Shown piece after piece: positions 1 through 13,300 of a stretch of DNA of 64,000 bases (positions are counted from its first letter, which is position 1; the number at the start of each line of letters is the position of its first letter). A program made the position numbers and the translations under genes. Below the pieces are notes generated by a model that ran no database searches, was not told where the DNA came from, and saw nothing but the letters and a program-made list of their open reading frames with translations. Where the stretch lies: contig OZ336885.1 in NCBI GenBank assembly GCA_965287045.1, positions 65,968,001 through 66,032,000 on the forward strand. The letters run 5' to 3'. Origin of the DNA: Carcharhinus amblyrhynchos. Lineage: Eukaryota.

Positions 1-29
1 CGGTCGTAAGCAACTAGAAATAATTTGCT

Positions 30-680
30 CAATAAAATACAAGATGGACAGCCTGAAAAGTTCTATCGAAAGAACTACAGATCAGAAGCTAGGAATATTA
101 CAACGACTGAGCCTACCTCTGACTCCCCGTTGGGAACGAACATCGGCAAGTTTCAAGTCAATACGTGATGGAATAATCCGCAATGTTTAAATGAAGACAC
201 CTCTCACCACTCTTAACGAGGTCGACACCATCCATGGCAAATTATCTCATATTATTGAAAGCCGGCCTTTTGTGATGAAGATTACCTCAGCCAATACCAA
301 CACAGTGGCTGCAGTTTGTATCTTGTAATAGGTACACTGCGGAACATTAACAATGTTCGTCGATGACATCTTCCACCAGCCTGCACTGAACTGCCAAGAA
401 GACTAAAGCAATAGATGTATGCAGATAACGTCATCTGCAATTTACCCTCCACGATAAAAGCCACCCTGACATTGAACAATATCAAACACAAATTATCTGG
501 CCATCTTCGTAATTCTGGACGTCGCTTCATAACAACAATGAACGTGTAACGAATGACGAACAATGTGCGTGTGCACTGAAGCATTTCAATAAGTCAGCTC
601 ACTAACATCTGTTCAATGGAACTTAGGGATGCCCAATACATATTTGCAATTCATAGTTCATGAACACGTCAAAGAACTCG
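30..680 (+). mobile_element. Degenerate LINE 3' fragment (copies at ~10340-10990 and ~20585-21235)
   Basis: Resembles from memory the 3' end of a common elasmobranch LINE (gtgatggaata..., caccctgac...aatatc, ttagggatgcccaata); many stops; boundaries approximate. Confidence 0.6.
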
Positions 681-2888
681 TGTTCTTCCAGAAAATCCTG
701 TATTTTTCTTCAGCGAACATTTGAAATCGATAATGTCAGACTTTAATTTGATAAGGGCACATAACGCAACACAAATATGCTGGCAAGATCCCACATAAAT
801 ATGAACAACTCTATCAAGTGTTATTTTATCTACAACTTCCATTAAAAAAGAATCCAGATTCATCGGCGCGACATTTCAGCAGATGCCCCTCAGTGTTGGC
901 TTCTCCTTTTGTATACGCACCTGCTCCTCTCCAATGCACTTTTTAATTGAAAAAAAAACTGTTTCGTTGAACAAATATAGAACATCTCTCCCTCAATTCG
1001 ATCTATTTCAGGATGTACATGTCCAAATCTCTGCCTCCCCCATTGAGCAATTTACATTTTACTTTGATGTTCTTTCACAGAGCTCTGAGGCAGATATTTC
1101 CCCTGCTTTTCCGATTCCGTCATCTAACAGTTATGCTAGAATCAGAGCCTGCAGTAGTCTTTAACATACCGATGATATTTGCATGTAGTTTACGACTGCA
1201 TATCTGTGTAGATTAGAGAACAATTCACTTCCGCAGTGAGCTGTAACATCAGAAAATTGTGATAACAATAAAGTAAATTCTCCCAGTTGTTCTTTCGGAA
1301 TTTTTTCCAGCTTTGCATAGATAAGTCTAATTTTTAGTTCTTTCGATGACGGTATGTTACAGAAAGGCTGCAAGGAACTGTCTCTGATTATCAATAAAAC
1401 CACGGGACAGGATGATATTATACTAATATCATTGTATGCCTTTTGAACAATTTTAACAAAAATTCTGAAAATATTGTAAACGAAAGAAAATATATCACTC
1501 TTGAAGCAATCTGCCACCCCGTCTGCTGCAACACCTTTGCTATTCCAGAACGGCAGTTATCTGAGTCATTTCAATTGCTCGCATGGACTTCTACATCAAA
1601 AAAAAAATCAATTGTGAGCGACCCTCACATTCCATGAACAGAAATAAAACTGTTTTGAGCGTCTATGTTGATTTCTTATTTAGCTTGGTGTTCTCGTCCA
1701 AAGTGCCTTGTCCGCATGCATTTGCTCTCCCACAGCCAATGCAGCAGTTCTAATATTGTCATCGTTTCAAAATTCAAACATTATTTCCATGTCTTCTAAG
1801 TATTGTAAATATTGCATCATTGTACAGCCGCAACAGCTTGTGAGGTCACCTTTTTTTTTCCATATCACAACGTATATCATACTAATCAGCAGTATATAGC
1901 AGACCTGTCATACGAGAAGTCAGTCTGGTCAGTCTGTCTGCACTCCCCCGTAACAAGATATAATTTTAGCGAAGCAACCAAATGGCACAAAATACGACAG
2001 ACGGAGCCACACCAATGTCCTAAACATTAGCAGTAAAACATGCTTATTCCTATTCTCAAATCTTCACGCTATGAAGGCCAGGATGCTATTGGCCCTCTTT
2101 TTGTTGCCCGCTTTACTTGTGACCTTGGCTCCAACGACCGATATGCGTCTCGGTGACTATTAAACTCTCTAATTGATATCCATTTAAACAATAATCTGCA
2201 CTTCGTTTTGCAATTGAGTTGCTTATGCTCAAACTTCATCGCATTATGCTGCATCTGGCATAGAGCTGTCCACTCAGGCAGCCAAATGTGATAATAGATT
2301 ACAATTATGCGATAACAGATGAAGTTCCCTCTCCAAGATCCTTAAAATGAACAGTTGTCTTACGATTCCAGGTCCCAGCGGCAATCCACCATTCTATGAC
2401 TGTCAAATGAAAGAAATGTTTATTCTTAATCTTTGCTTGTCGTCTCCCAAAAAAGTTTACTTTCGTCTCATCGCATCACCAGCAATCCCATACGCTTTAC
2501 TTTCAGATATTCATCCGCTAATTGATGGCTGTTGCAAGCCGTTTTACAAGAATAACCGTTCACAGCCACGGGTTTTTTCAGGTCAAAAGCACTACCTGCA
2601 GTCTCAAAGAATTTCAGTGGGTCTGTCAAGCGTATTTTGCCTTCTGTAAATACATGCTGCCTTTGTGTGATAAGAACGGAAATGCCCAGCTATGGAATGC
2701 TGTGCTGCGAAATAATTGATAATGTACTCAACATCATCCAGAACAGTGTCGTTAGGATCAGTGTTCCACCATGTCCCTACCTCGCTTCTTGAACCGCAGG
2801 TTAACATTTACTACACTCCGATACATTGGAAACATTCCAGAGTCCACACAATTTTCAAAAACGATCACCAATTATTTATTATGCTCAG

Positions 2889-2897
2889 GCCACTTTC
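2889..2897 (+). CDS. Possible 9-nt micro-exon (xHF); copy at 13175-13183
   Basis: ttattatgctcag|GCCACTTTC|gtaagt, conserved in both units, frame-neutral. Confidence 0.3.
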
Positions 2898-3657
2898 GTA
2901 AGTATTCAGAGTGAAGGTTCGCAGGTGCTGGGCATAAATATGAGTACAATTCCATTGTTTTCACGAAAAACATGGCTCGACTAATTCTGAGATCCTTCAA
3001 TTGTTCAGTAAAACTTGTGTTTCTCAGAACTTTCCATGCCATTTTCGTGCATCCCTTTAATAATTCAGGAGACAGGTACGAATTTCAATCTTCATCCTTT
3101 TATTTGGCTTTTATCGTGAATTTATATGTTTAAGAATTGAAGAGGCAGATACTCGTTTTTTTTTGCCAATCTAGTACCTCTTTACAAAGCTATGCAGGCA
3201 TTTTCAGTCAGTTTTTGTGTTCCCCGCCATGTTACATTTGTGCTCTATTTTGCGCTCCTGGAATCAATACAGTGTTTCACCTTTGCTGAACTGTAAGCTG
3301 CTCCGAAACACGTCAATTGCTCTTATTCAGCTACTTTAATTGCTATTTACTTGTCTGTAATACTTCCTCTAATTTCCTTCATACCCTGTTTTGAGCTTTG
3401 AAACTCGAAAAAGGAAAAAAAATTCCAATATTGAAACATTGCTGAAATAAGCAAAAGAGGACACGTGATTCCCATAGCTTGGCCGCTCGCTCTCTCTCTC
3501 TCTCGCTCTCTCTCTCGACGCACTTGCTTTCCACGATATGCTCACTATGCTGAATTTGTCGTAGCTTGTTCATTAACGTTCTACCCAAAATCCTCGGCTT
3601 TCGCTTTTGGCCTGTTCGTGCATTACACAAATCAAAATCAATCGTTTTGTTTTCTAG

Positions 3658-3693
3658 ATCTTGACAAACGGAATGACGATCTGAAAAACCCAG
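3658..3693 (+). CDS. 36-nt phase-1 exon, (H/D)LDKRNDDLKNP
   Basis: gttttgttttctag|...CCCAG|gtgaga; only the phase-1 frame lacks a stop. Confidence 0.75.
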
Positions 3694-4004
3694 GTGAGAG
3701 TTAGAACATTTCATCTGTCACAATGTAAACATGCATCATGGTACACCAGAAGAGCGATTTTCCCCAGATTTACAGCAACTTGGCAATATTACTGTTGAAT
3801 TTGATAATTCTCATCAGAACATTTGGATTTGTTTCCAATGATTACGTGACCCTACCAAATCGACTTTGAATACATATAATTTCCCTTAGAGACTCTTCAT
3901 TGAAGCGCAATGCTTTATATATATATATATATTATATATGACACTGAGAAGTAACAGATACTACCACTGACCACGTTTTTTCCAAAACAAATACCACAGA
4001 AATA

Positions 4005-5650
4005 TAGAAACTATGTGCAGGAATCGGGCATTCTGCCCTTCGATCCTGTAGCACCTCTCAACATGATCGTGGCTGATCATGCAATTTCGGTATCCCACTC
4101 CCCCTTTGTGTTCATACCCCTTGATTCTTTTAGCTGCCAGGGCCTCGTTCAGCTCCCTCTTGAACATATTGGACAAATTGGCACCACATCTTCCTCTGAT
4201 CGAAAACATTGCAGGTTCACTAGTCTGACAAGTTCTTCTTCCAAATTCTGAATGGATAAACCTCTATGTTTAGTCTGTGTCCCCTACATCTGCATTTCCC
4301 AAAAGAAGTAGAGTATCAGTTCCGCATCAAGCTTGTTGAGTCCAATCAGGATTGTATATATTTTTCTTTCTGCCTGAGATTTCCACACATTCTTCTGAAC
4401 TCCAGTGAATACAAACTTTGTCGATCCAGTTTCACCTCAGATGCCAGTCCTGCACTCCAGGAATCCGTCTGATGAACTTGGGGTGGAGTCCACCAGCGGC
4501 AGAAAATGTCCCTCCTCAAGCTAAGAACTCTGAACTGCACACAATAGTCATGGTGTTTCCTCATCAAGGCCGATATAACTACAGCAGGAAATCATTGCTC
4601 CTCCGCTTGCATCATCTTCTGACGGATACCAGCATGCTAGTAGATTTTCTCAGTGCCTGCAGTACCTGCAAAACAATCTTCAGTGAATGTTCCATCATAA
4701 ATCCCAGGTCACATTGCACTGGCCATTGTCTTAACCTGCGGCAATTCAGATAAAAATCTTCCTTTTTGACACCAAACTGAATACCTTCACATTCAGCCAC
4801 AATGTTGTCTATTATTGCTCCATTGTGTTGTATTTGAGACTATGTTTCCACTCAGGCATTCTGTCCATGTCATCCATTAGCCACTGATCATCTTCTTCAC
4901 AGCATACGTTGCCATCCGCTAATTGACATCTGTAAGTTTGGAGAGATTGCATTAATTTTCATTATCCAAATCATTAATGTGTACTGTGAATTGCTGGGAC
5001 CCCGACACTGAATCTTTCGTATCGCTATTTCACTGCTGCCACTTGGAAAACAACCCACTTATTCTTACGTTTTGTGTACTATTTGTCAACCAGTTCTCTA
5101 TCCATAATACAGTATGCCCAATTTCGTGAGTTTTTGGTTCGGTCATTAATCTTGGGCTTGTCAAAAGAATTTTGAAAGTGCTGGTGCATAACGTCCACTG
5201 GTTAACCCTTTTTCTAACCTACTTCTCATATCCTCACGCAAATGTAGAAGGTTAGTCAATCTTGATAGCCCATTGGCATGTCAATGCTGATTTCAGCCAA
5301 TCCTGTCACCGCTTTCCAAATGCTCATTTATTGCATCCTTAATAATTGAATTCTACATTTTTCCCCACAATTGATATTAGGCGAATTGGTCTATAATCGC
5401 ACCCCCCGCCTTTATTTTTCTCTCTCTTGTTTTGTTTTAATTATGGATTTACAACAGCTATCGTCCAATCAACTTGATTTCGTCCAGAATTTATAGAATA
5501 CTTTACGATTATTATCAATGCATTCAGTGTTTCTCGGGCCACTTCCTTTAAGTACATTTTGTTGCCACACATCAGGCCCTGATGAAGTGTTTGGTTTCAT
5601 TCGCAGCAAGTTCCCCAAACTAGTATCCTGACTAATAAGGATTTCATTTG
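4005..5650 (-). mobile_element. Degenerate CR1 LINE fragment (RT 3' part); duplicate at ~14265-15930
   Basis: Minus-strand ORF remnants WIENWL..., QFTVHINDLD...KLAD, YCVQF...LRRDI, LYSLEFRRMCGNL typical of CR1 RT C-terminus; boundaries approximate. Confidence 0.85.
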
Positions 5651-6799
5651 TTTTCAATTGTCCATTAAAATTTCACCTGATTAAGATCTTATGATAAGTC
5701 CTCAAGTCTCTCCCGAAGATTAACGGGGGATATAATTTGGATTTGTTTCTGATTGTGTTGAATTTAAAAATACTCAACATTTTCCTGAATATAGTGGAAA
5801 AAAATGAACACCCAAGTGACTGTATTGCCAAATCACTGACCATGTTCCTTCGAGAGTATGGAAAGTGCGACACCTTTGAAACTTAACATTCATAAACATC
5901 ATACAAGTATGTTTGCAAGTCAATTGGATGATTTTCCTAACACGCTGAAATTAAAATAGATTCCTCCCTGACTGGAGGCTGCAATTCATGTCGAAGTGTA
6001 CGATTAAATCTTGTTAAGCTCAACTAATGAAAGGCGACACTGAAATAGAGGCATGAGAGTTTTCACCTTATGATACTTGAATTGCTACGGAAATTGGATC
6101 GTCAAACAGGTCCTTCGTTTGTGCTTGTGAGATTTGTCTGTAAACAAGCAACTGCAGCAAAAAAGACGTTTGCCTTGGAACGAAGTTAAAAACATTAATC
6201 TATACGCCTCCCATTAATTAATTCTGCAGATGTATCATTACGCTAGTTTGTTTTGAACTAACTGTGGGCAGGTCGGACAAACGATACCTGATGGGATATT
6301 GACACTTGCTGTTGCTGTCCAGAATGACTTTCAAAGGCAACAATCCTGACTTTCACACGCACATCAATTATTTCGACATTTTTAAAAGATCACTTTAAGA
6401 ATACATTTCGTTGTCTCACTATTTCGCAATTTCAAGATATGATGTGTTTTTAAACATAAGATTAAAAAGTGACGCTGAGTAATACTAAGGGCGTGTTAGT
6501 GCTGTGCGCATAAAGTATTCAAACGCTCTTATGGAGGAAGACAAGGGGCAGAATTATACGGGCACGCCCGGCCGAGGTTCGTACGATCCAGCCCAAGACC
6601 AAAAGAGAATTCTGGAAAATTCGGGCCAAAGTCTCAAGTTATTCCAACACATGCATCGTGAGTTTTCAATAAAAATAAAAGATAGATCTGTCGTTTTGCC
6701 TGCACGGATCTTATTTCGAGTATTGGGACACTTCCTGTCCCTTCACGAACTATATCTGATCAAAAGATCGCCGCTCAACACCCCAATACTTCACACCTT

Positions 6800-6800
<1 letters not shown>

Positions 6801-6882
<82 letters not shown>
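6801..6882. repeat. (GT)n microsatellite
   Basis: About 41 GT units seen directly. Confidence 0.99.
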
Positions 6883-6886
<4 letters not shown>

Positions 6887-7648
6887 AAAAATATGATCAA
6901 GCTTACAATGAACTGGCGAGTATTAACTCGGTATGTACAACCACACACCTATTGAAAAAGTTAATGATCCTTAGGTTTGTTAAATTCTTGAGTAAAATCG
7001 AAGGGCAACAAAGTCCATATAAGCATCTGTGCATTTTTAATGTCCAGAAGAATGGCGCCATAATTTATTGCAAAAATCGTGATGAAAACATGTGCTTGCC
7101 ACTGTTCATATTGCCCTTTGGCTGAGGGAAGTGTCCGATCTCTTTCATTAAAATATATCATGCAATTACCTATACTACTCAAAAAAAAACTGGTGATATT
7201 ACTCTTCACAAGGTCCCTTTCATTTCCTTTCCCCTTTTTTCAGGCCATCTGCAGTGGCTTAGTTTTTCCAAACTCAATCAGTGTTGAGTATCCGCCTCCT
7301 TAAAGTGAAATGTTGGCATGAATTCTCACATGCCAGCTTTTTCAAAGCTAAGAAGAATCATCAACGCAGGTGCAGTTCTGTACACAGGTCATTGGGCTGA
7401 AGCGGACTCGTGATTGAAAAAAAAAATCCCTAAATCTCACTCTCTTAGTCCTGTTATAAGAAATACATCGCTTAATTATTGGACATCGTTTTGTCGTTTT
7501 ATTTGTTAATTCGCATCTATATTGCACCTGCCCAAGAGTAAAACTTTTTAGGCCATTTGGAAATTTCACAAGATGCAATGTGCTATTGCAAATTAATGTC
7601 TTAATTTGAATAAGCCAGATTCTGCTTTAATGTTGTTTGTGTTTTTAG

Positions 7649-7684
7649 AAATGCAACTATGGGACGACCTTGCCAGCAAATTCG
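7649..7684 (+). CDS. 36-nt phase-1 exon, EMQLWDDLASKF
   Basis: ttgtttgtgtttttag|...TTCG|gtaagg. Confidence 0.75.
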
Positions 7685-8229
7685 GTAAGGCTAAACATTA
7701 TTAGCGACAATCATGTCAACACTTGTTATCCGTTGATGTTTGATTAATAACAGTACACAAGAAACTGAAAGTTTCGTACAAACATCTCAGTATTCAATTA
7801 CACCATTTTCAGATTCGTTCGACTGATTTTTTTTTTCATTTTATTACATCTGCCTGAGAGGTAAACTGTTCATTCATTTAACATCTCAGAAAAAGAAAAT
7901 GAAAGTGAATACAATTGAAGCTGCACGGCCAGACAAGTATTCGTGATCGAAAGTCCTTTGTGAACTGGGGGCTGCGTTCACTGGACAGACAGTCATATGT
8001 TGGGTGCCTCAGTAGAGGGGTAAGCATGTGCGAAATAGGTATTTAAGGGGAAAAATCGTAGTATGACACAGGCAGCAAAATAATACGTTCATATTCTGTC
8101 CCAAGCAATGATACAGTGATTTTTCACAACGATTGCCAAGGCATTGACAGGAGTCATGTGAACATTATCGGCGTGGAAATTCAAGACACGTCATCATTAT
8201 ATACTTAGAAGAGTATCATCAGCCGTAAG

Positions 8230-8338
8230 CAAAGAACAAAGAACAAAATCAGCCCGCCAGCAGGCCCTTCGGCCCAACGAGCCCGCGCCGCCGTCTCAAC
8301 ACCACCAGTCCCCCTCTCCACCCACGACCCCTGTCCCA
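8230..8338 (-). mobile_element. Short CR1-type 3'-end insertion present only in unit A
   Basis: aaagaacaaagaac tail plus caggcccttcggccc; missing at the equivalent unit B site (~18565 agtaaacttatccaaacc). Confidence 0.7.
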
Positions 8339-9114
8339 TATCCAAACCGAAGCTTAAGATTCAAGATGCCTGATAACCACTGAAGGCGGTGGTTTAATGT
8401 TTTGTTTGTTCAAAAACAAAACTGATAAACAAAATGCTGCATTATATATACTGAAGGGATTGGAGTGACGCTTGCGGTATCTTATCTTCCAATATCGGGG
8501 AGAAACAAAAAAGAAAACTATATTTACTGGGCTTAATATGGCTGTGCGACATTCACTTCAGGGCAAGTCCCCTCGAATGTTGTTTTTAGCTTGAGGGCAT
8601 AGAATGAAGTGACGTGAATGCACTCACATATCCACAAGAATTGTACAGGAAGGGCATTTGCAACACATCAGCGTGCAGCCGAGAAGGTGTGACGGGGATG
8701 GGGGAGGTGAGGGAGGGGATGGGGGGGTCGGGGTGGAGGTTAAAGGAGCAGGCTCCAAATCTGAAACAGCAGAAGGATTAGAGGGCTCGTTTTCAAGATG
8801 GAAATGATGAGGTTGTCTTGCTTTGCTCAGCCGTGCCTGATGCTCGAAATTTCAGGCCCAAAAAATGGCGGAGGCAAGCGATAACTCATTTCACTTGGGA
8901 TTTAGGACAGTAGCATTTGATGCATTCACAGACGAAAGACGTATTAAAAACAAGCAACAATAGTAAAACAGGCCGAATTTTCTGCACATGAAGCCAAACC
9001 CAATGTTCGGAAACTAGTATTTTTCTGTCGGAGCAGACTTTCTTACAAGAGCTTGTGGAATGTCTGCTGTTACCACGCATATAGATATGATAATATATTA
9101 TTTATCTCTTGCAG

Positions 9115-9150
9115 GAGAAACGTTGAACCCATCAAGTAGAGGTACTTTCG
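9115..9150 (+). CDS. 36-nt phase-1 exon, GETLNPSSRGTF
   Basis: tttatctcttgcag|...TTCG|gtaagt; only phase-1 frame open. Confidence 0.75.
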
Positions 9151-9713
9151 GTAAGTCGTGATCTGAGAATTTGGCACACAAAAATATGCTTTTGTTTTAG
9201 AAAGCAATACACAGAAACTTCATACCATGAACAATACATGGTATTCTCCTCCAAAAGGAAGAAACATGCCAAGTTGAAAGTTCAAAAGGAATTTGGAAAG
9301 AATCTGAGTTAGTACAAATATCAACTAAGTTATGCTTTAGACATTGCGATGTGCAGCCAATATCACTTAGTAAAAAAAATCTGTATTTTATAAATGTTTC
9401 AACTCGTACTTTCGATCATCACTGAAATAAAATGTGTATCTAAAATTATTCATTGAGCAAAAATTAAAATGCACTTCTAATTATTATGAAACATTAACAA
9501 ATGCTAAATATTGACTTGACTTCCTAAGTATTACAAAACTCAAGATGGTTAAACTGAATAAGTATTTGCGTCAGGACTGCATATGTTTGATTACGCATCG
9601 TCTAATTGGAATCTAACTAGCTCATATCATTTTATGAATGCGAATTTCCTTCAGGCCATTAAATATTCATGGCTGTTTCAAAAAAGCTGCCTCATTCAAT
9701 CATACGTAGCTAG

Positions 9714-9753
9714 AACTAATAGGAGGACCGAACGGGAAACGACGTTTACAGAA
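9714..9753 (+). CDS. 40-nt exon (phase 1 to 2), ELIGGPNGKRRLQ
   Basis: ctag|AACTAATAGG...CAGAA|gtgagt; with the next 32-nt exon sums to 72 nt and restores frame; acceptor weak in this copy. Confidence 0.5.
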
Positions 9754-10284
9754 GTGAGTTCAGTCAATGAAATTGTAAAGCTCACATAAGCCAGCAACAT
9801 GCTTAATGGGTGGTGTTAAGTTTTTGTTTTATGGAGGGTGAAGCCTGTGTCTGCAGCAGAGGAGACAGTGCAGGACATTGCAAACATCAAACCCTTCTTT
9901 GTTTATTATGTATCAGACTTTTTTGTACTTGCGTTATTCATTAATTGCAATGATATATTTTACGAACTGTTTATCAGATGGGAAGATTAATGTTTAACTT
10001 AACATTAACACAACGATTGATAGCACTTATTATCGAAACATTGAATCATTGCTTTCCCGAATGAGCGTAAATAGTCTTTTTTTTCAAACGCAAGTGTTTT
10101 TGCTGAATTTGAAATGAGCTTTTCAAGCCATTCCACCTCCCATTTTTTGCGACAGCGATTCCCTATTCTTAAAATAAAGCACTTTCTCGTTAATCAGTTT
10201 GAGCTGTAACATAGCCTACAGACCGTTGTTTGTCCCATGCCTATCTTTTTTTCTCTTCCCTGATTTGTTCTTCGCCCTCTCTAG

Positions 10285-10316
10285 GTTTGTTGTGTCGCAA
10301 ATGGTCTCCGACGGTC
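10285..10316 (+). CDS. 32-nt exon (phase 2 to 1), KFVVSQMVSDG; donor mutated GT to AT
   Basis: ttcttcgccctctctag|...GGTC|ataaga versus |gtaagc at positions 6 and 20560. Confidence 0.45.
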
Positions 10317-13300
10317 ATAAGAAAATAGAAATATTTCGCTCAATAAAATACTACAAAATACCTTAAAAGTTCTATCGAAAGAACTACAGATCAGAAGCTA
10401 GGAATATTTCAACGACTGAGCCTACCTCTGATTCCCCGATGTTAACGAACATCGGCAAGTTTCAAGTCAATACGTGATGGAATAATCCGCAATGTTTAAA
10501 TGAAGACACCTCTCACCACTCTTAACGAGGTCGACACCATCCATGGCAAATTATCTCATATTATTGAAAGCCGGCCTTTTGTGATGAAGATTACCTCAGC
10601 CAATACCAACACAGTGGCCGTAGTTTGTATCATGTAATAGGTACACTGCGGAACTTTAACAATGTTCGTCGATGACATCTTCCGCCAACGTGCACTGAAC
10701 TGCCAAGAAGACTAAAGCAAGAGATGAATGCAGATAACGTCATCTGCAATTTATCCTCCACGATAAAAGCCACCCTGACCTTGAACAATATCAAACACAA
10801 ATTGTCTGCCCTTCTTCGTAATTCTGGATATCGCTTCATAACAACAATGGACGTGTAACGAATAACGAACAATGTGCGTGTGCATTGAAGCATTTCAAGA
10901 AGTCAGCTCACTAACACCTGTTCAATGGATCTTAGGGATGTCCAATACATATTTGCAATTCACAGTTCATGAACACGTCAAAGAACTCATGTTCTTCCAG
11001 AAAATCCTGTACTTTTTTCAGCCATCATTTGAAATCAATAACGTCAGACTTTAATTTAATATGGAGATATATCGTAACACAAATTTGCTTGCAAGATCCC
11101 ACATAAATATGAACAACTCTATCAAGTGTTGTTTTATCTACAACTTCCATTTAAAAAAAGAATCCAGATTCATTGGCGTGAAATTTCAGCAGATGTCCCT
11201 CAATGTTGGCTTCTGTTTTGTATACGCACCCGCTCCTCTCCAATGCATTTTTTTTTCGAAAAAAAAGTTTCGTTGAATAAATATAGGACATCTGTCCCAC
11301 AATTCGATCTATTTCAGTAGGTACACGTCCAAGTCTCTGCCTCCCCCATTGTGCAATTTACATTTTATTCTGATGTTCATCCTTCACAGAGCTCTAAGGC
11401 AGATATTTCCGCTGATTTTCCCGATTCCGTTATCTTACAGTTATGCCAGTATCAGAGCCTGCAGTAGTCTTCAACATACCTATGATATTTGCATGTAGTT
11501 TACTCATGCATATCTGTGTAGATTACATAACAATTCACTTCCGCAGTGAGCTGTAACATCGGAAAATTGTGATAACAATAAAGTAAATTCTCCCAGTTGT
11601 TCTTTCGGAATTTTTTTCAGCTTTGCATAGATAAGTCAAATTTTTAGTTCTTTCGATGACGGTATGTTACAGAAAGGCTGCAAGGAACAGTCTCTGATTA
11701 TCAATAAAACCACGGGACAGGATAATATGATACTAATATAATTATATGCCTTTTGAACAATTTTAACAAAAACTCTGTAAATATTGTAAACGAAAGAAAA
11801 TATGTCACTATTGAAGCAATCTGCCATCCCCGTCTGCTGCAGCACCTTTGTTGTTCCAGGACGGCAGGTATCTGAGTCAGTTTCAATTGCTCACGTGGAC
11901 TTCCACCTGAAAAAACATATCAATTGTGAGCGACCCTTACATTCCACGAACAGAAATGAAAATGTTTTGAACATCTATGTTGTTTTCTTAAGTAGCTTGG
12001 TGTTCTAGCCCAAAGTGCCCTGTCCGCATACATTTGCTCTCCCACAGCCAATGCAGCAGTTGTAATATTCTCATCGTTTCAAAATTCAAACATTATTTCC
12101 ATGTCTTGTAAGTATTGTAAATATTGCATCTCTGTACAGCCGCCATCCGCTCGTGAGATCACCTTTTTCTTCCATACCACAATGTATATCATCCTAACCA
12201 GCAGCATATAACAGTCATGTCATACGAGAAGTCAGCCTGGTGAATGTGTCTGCACTCCCCCTCAACAAGATATTACTTTAGCTAAGAAACCAAATGGCGC
12301 AAAATACTGCAGAGTGAGCCACACCAACGACCTAAACATTTGCCGTAAAATATGTTTATTCCTATTCTCAAACCTTCACGCTGTGAAGGCCAGGATGTTA
12401 TTGGCCGTCTTTTTTTTTGCCCGCTTTACTGGCGACCTCGGCTCCAAGACTGATATACGTCTCGGTGACTATTAAACTCTCTAATTGATATCCATTGAAA
12501 CGATAATCTGCACTTATTTTTGCAATTGGGTTGCTTATCCTCAAACTTCATCACATTATGCTGCATCTGGCATAGAGCTGTCCACTCTGGCAGCCAAATG
12601 TTATAATAGATTACAATTATACGGTAACAGATTAAGTTACCTCTGCAAAATCCTTAAAATGAGCAGTTGTGTTACGATTCCAGGTCCTTGCGGCAATCCA
12701 CCATTCTATTACCGTCAAATGAAAGAAATGTTTATTCTTAATCTTTGCTTGTCGTCTACTAAACAGGTTTATTTTCATCACGTCGCATCACCAGCAATCC
12801 CATACGCTTTACCTTCACATGTTAATCCGCTAATTGATGGCTGTTGGAAGCCGTTTAACAAGTATAACCGATCACAGCCACCTGCATTCTTAAAGAATTT
12901 CAGTGGGTCTGTCAAACGTATTTTGCCTTCTGGAAATACATGCTGCCTTTGTGTGATTAGAACGGAAATGTCCAGCTATGGAATGCTGTGCTGCGAAATG
13001 ATTGATAATGTATTCAACAGCATCCAGAACAGTGTCGTTAGGATCATTGTTCCACCATGTCCCGACCTCTCTTCTTGAACCGCAGGTTAACATTTACTAC
13101 ACTCCGATAGATAAGACCCATTCCAGAGTCCACACAATTTTCACAACCGATCACCAATTATTTATTATTCTCAGGCCACTTTCGTAAGTATTCAGAGTAA
13201 GGTTCGTAGGCGCTGGGGATAAATATGAGTACAAAACCATTGTTTTCATGAAAAGCATGGCTCGACTAATTCTGAGTTCCTTCAACTCCTCAGTAAAACC

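Larger units (their letters stand above)
1..10311. repeat. Tandem segmental duplication unit A (~10.3 kb; array probably continues left of window)
   Basis: Position 1 (cggtcgtaagcaactagaaa) recurs at 10312 and 20555; colinear similarity throughout, e.g. paired ORFs 282/10630/20876, 2604/12890, 4346/14607. Confidence 0.97.

Noticed and set aside
6504-6884. 126-aa ORF ending in VC repeats
   Set aside because: Read-through of a GT microsatellite; stop in the unit B copy
9201-9240. Second 40-nt exon-like unit open in both units
   Set aside because: Only 50 nt from the previous donor, too short for a typical vertebrate intron; weak donor
9819-9893. RSS-like motifs (agtttttgt...gcctgtg / gacagtg...aacatcaaacc) suggesting an Ig/TCR D segment
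   Set aside because: Heptamers lack the required CAC, spacer is not 12 or 23, and no V, J or C segments were found
12485-13078. Longest ORF (197 aa) with CGNPP, superficially sushi-like
   Set aside because: Unit A copy is broken by stops and frameshifts; no domain pattern
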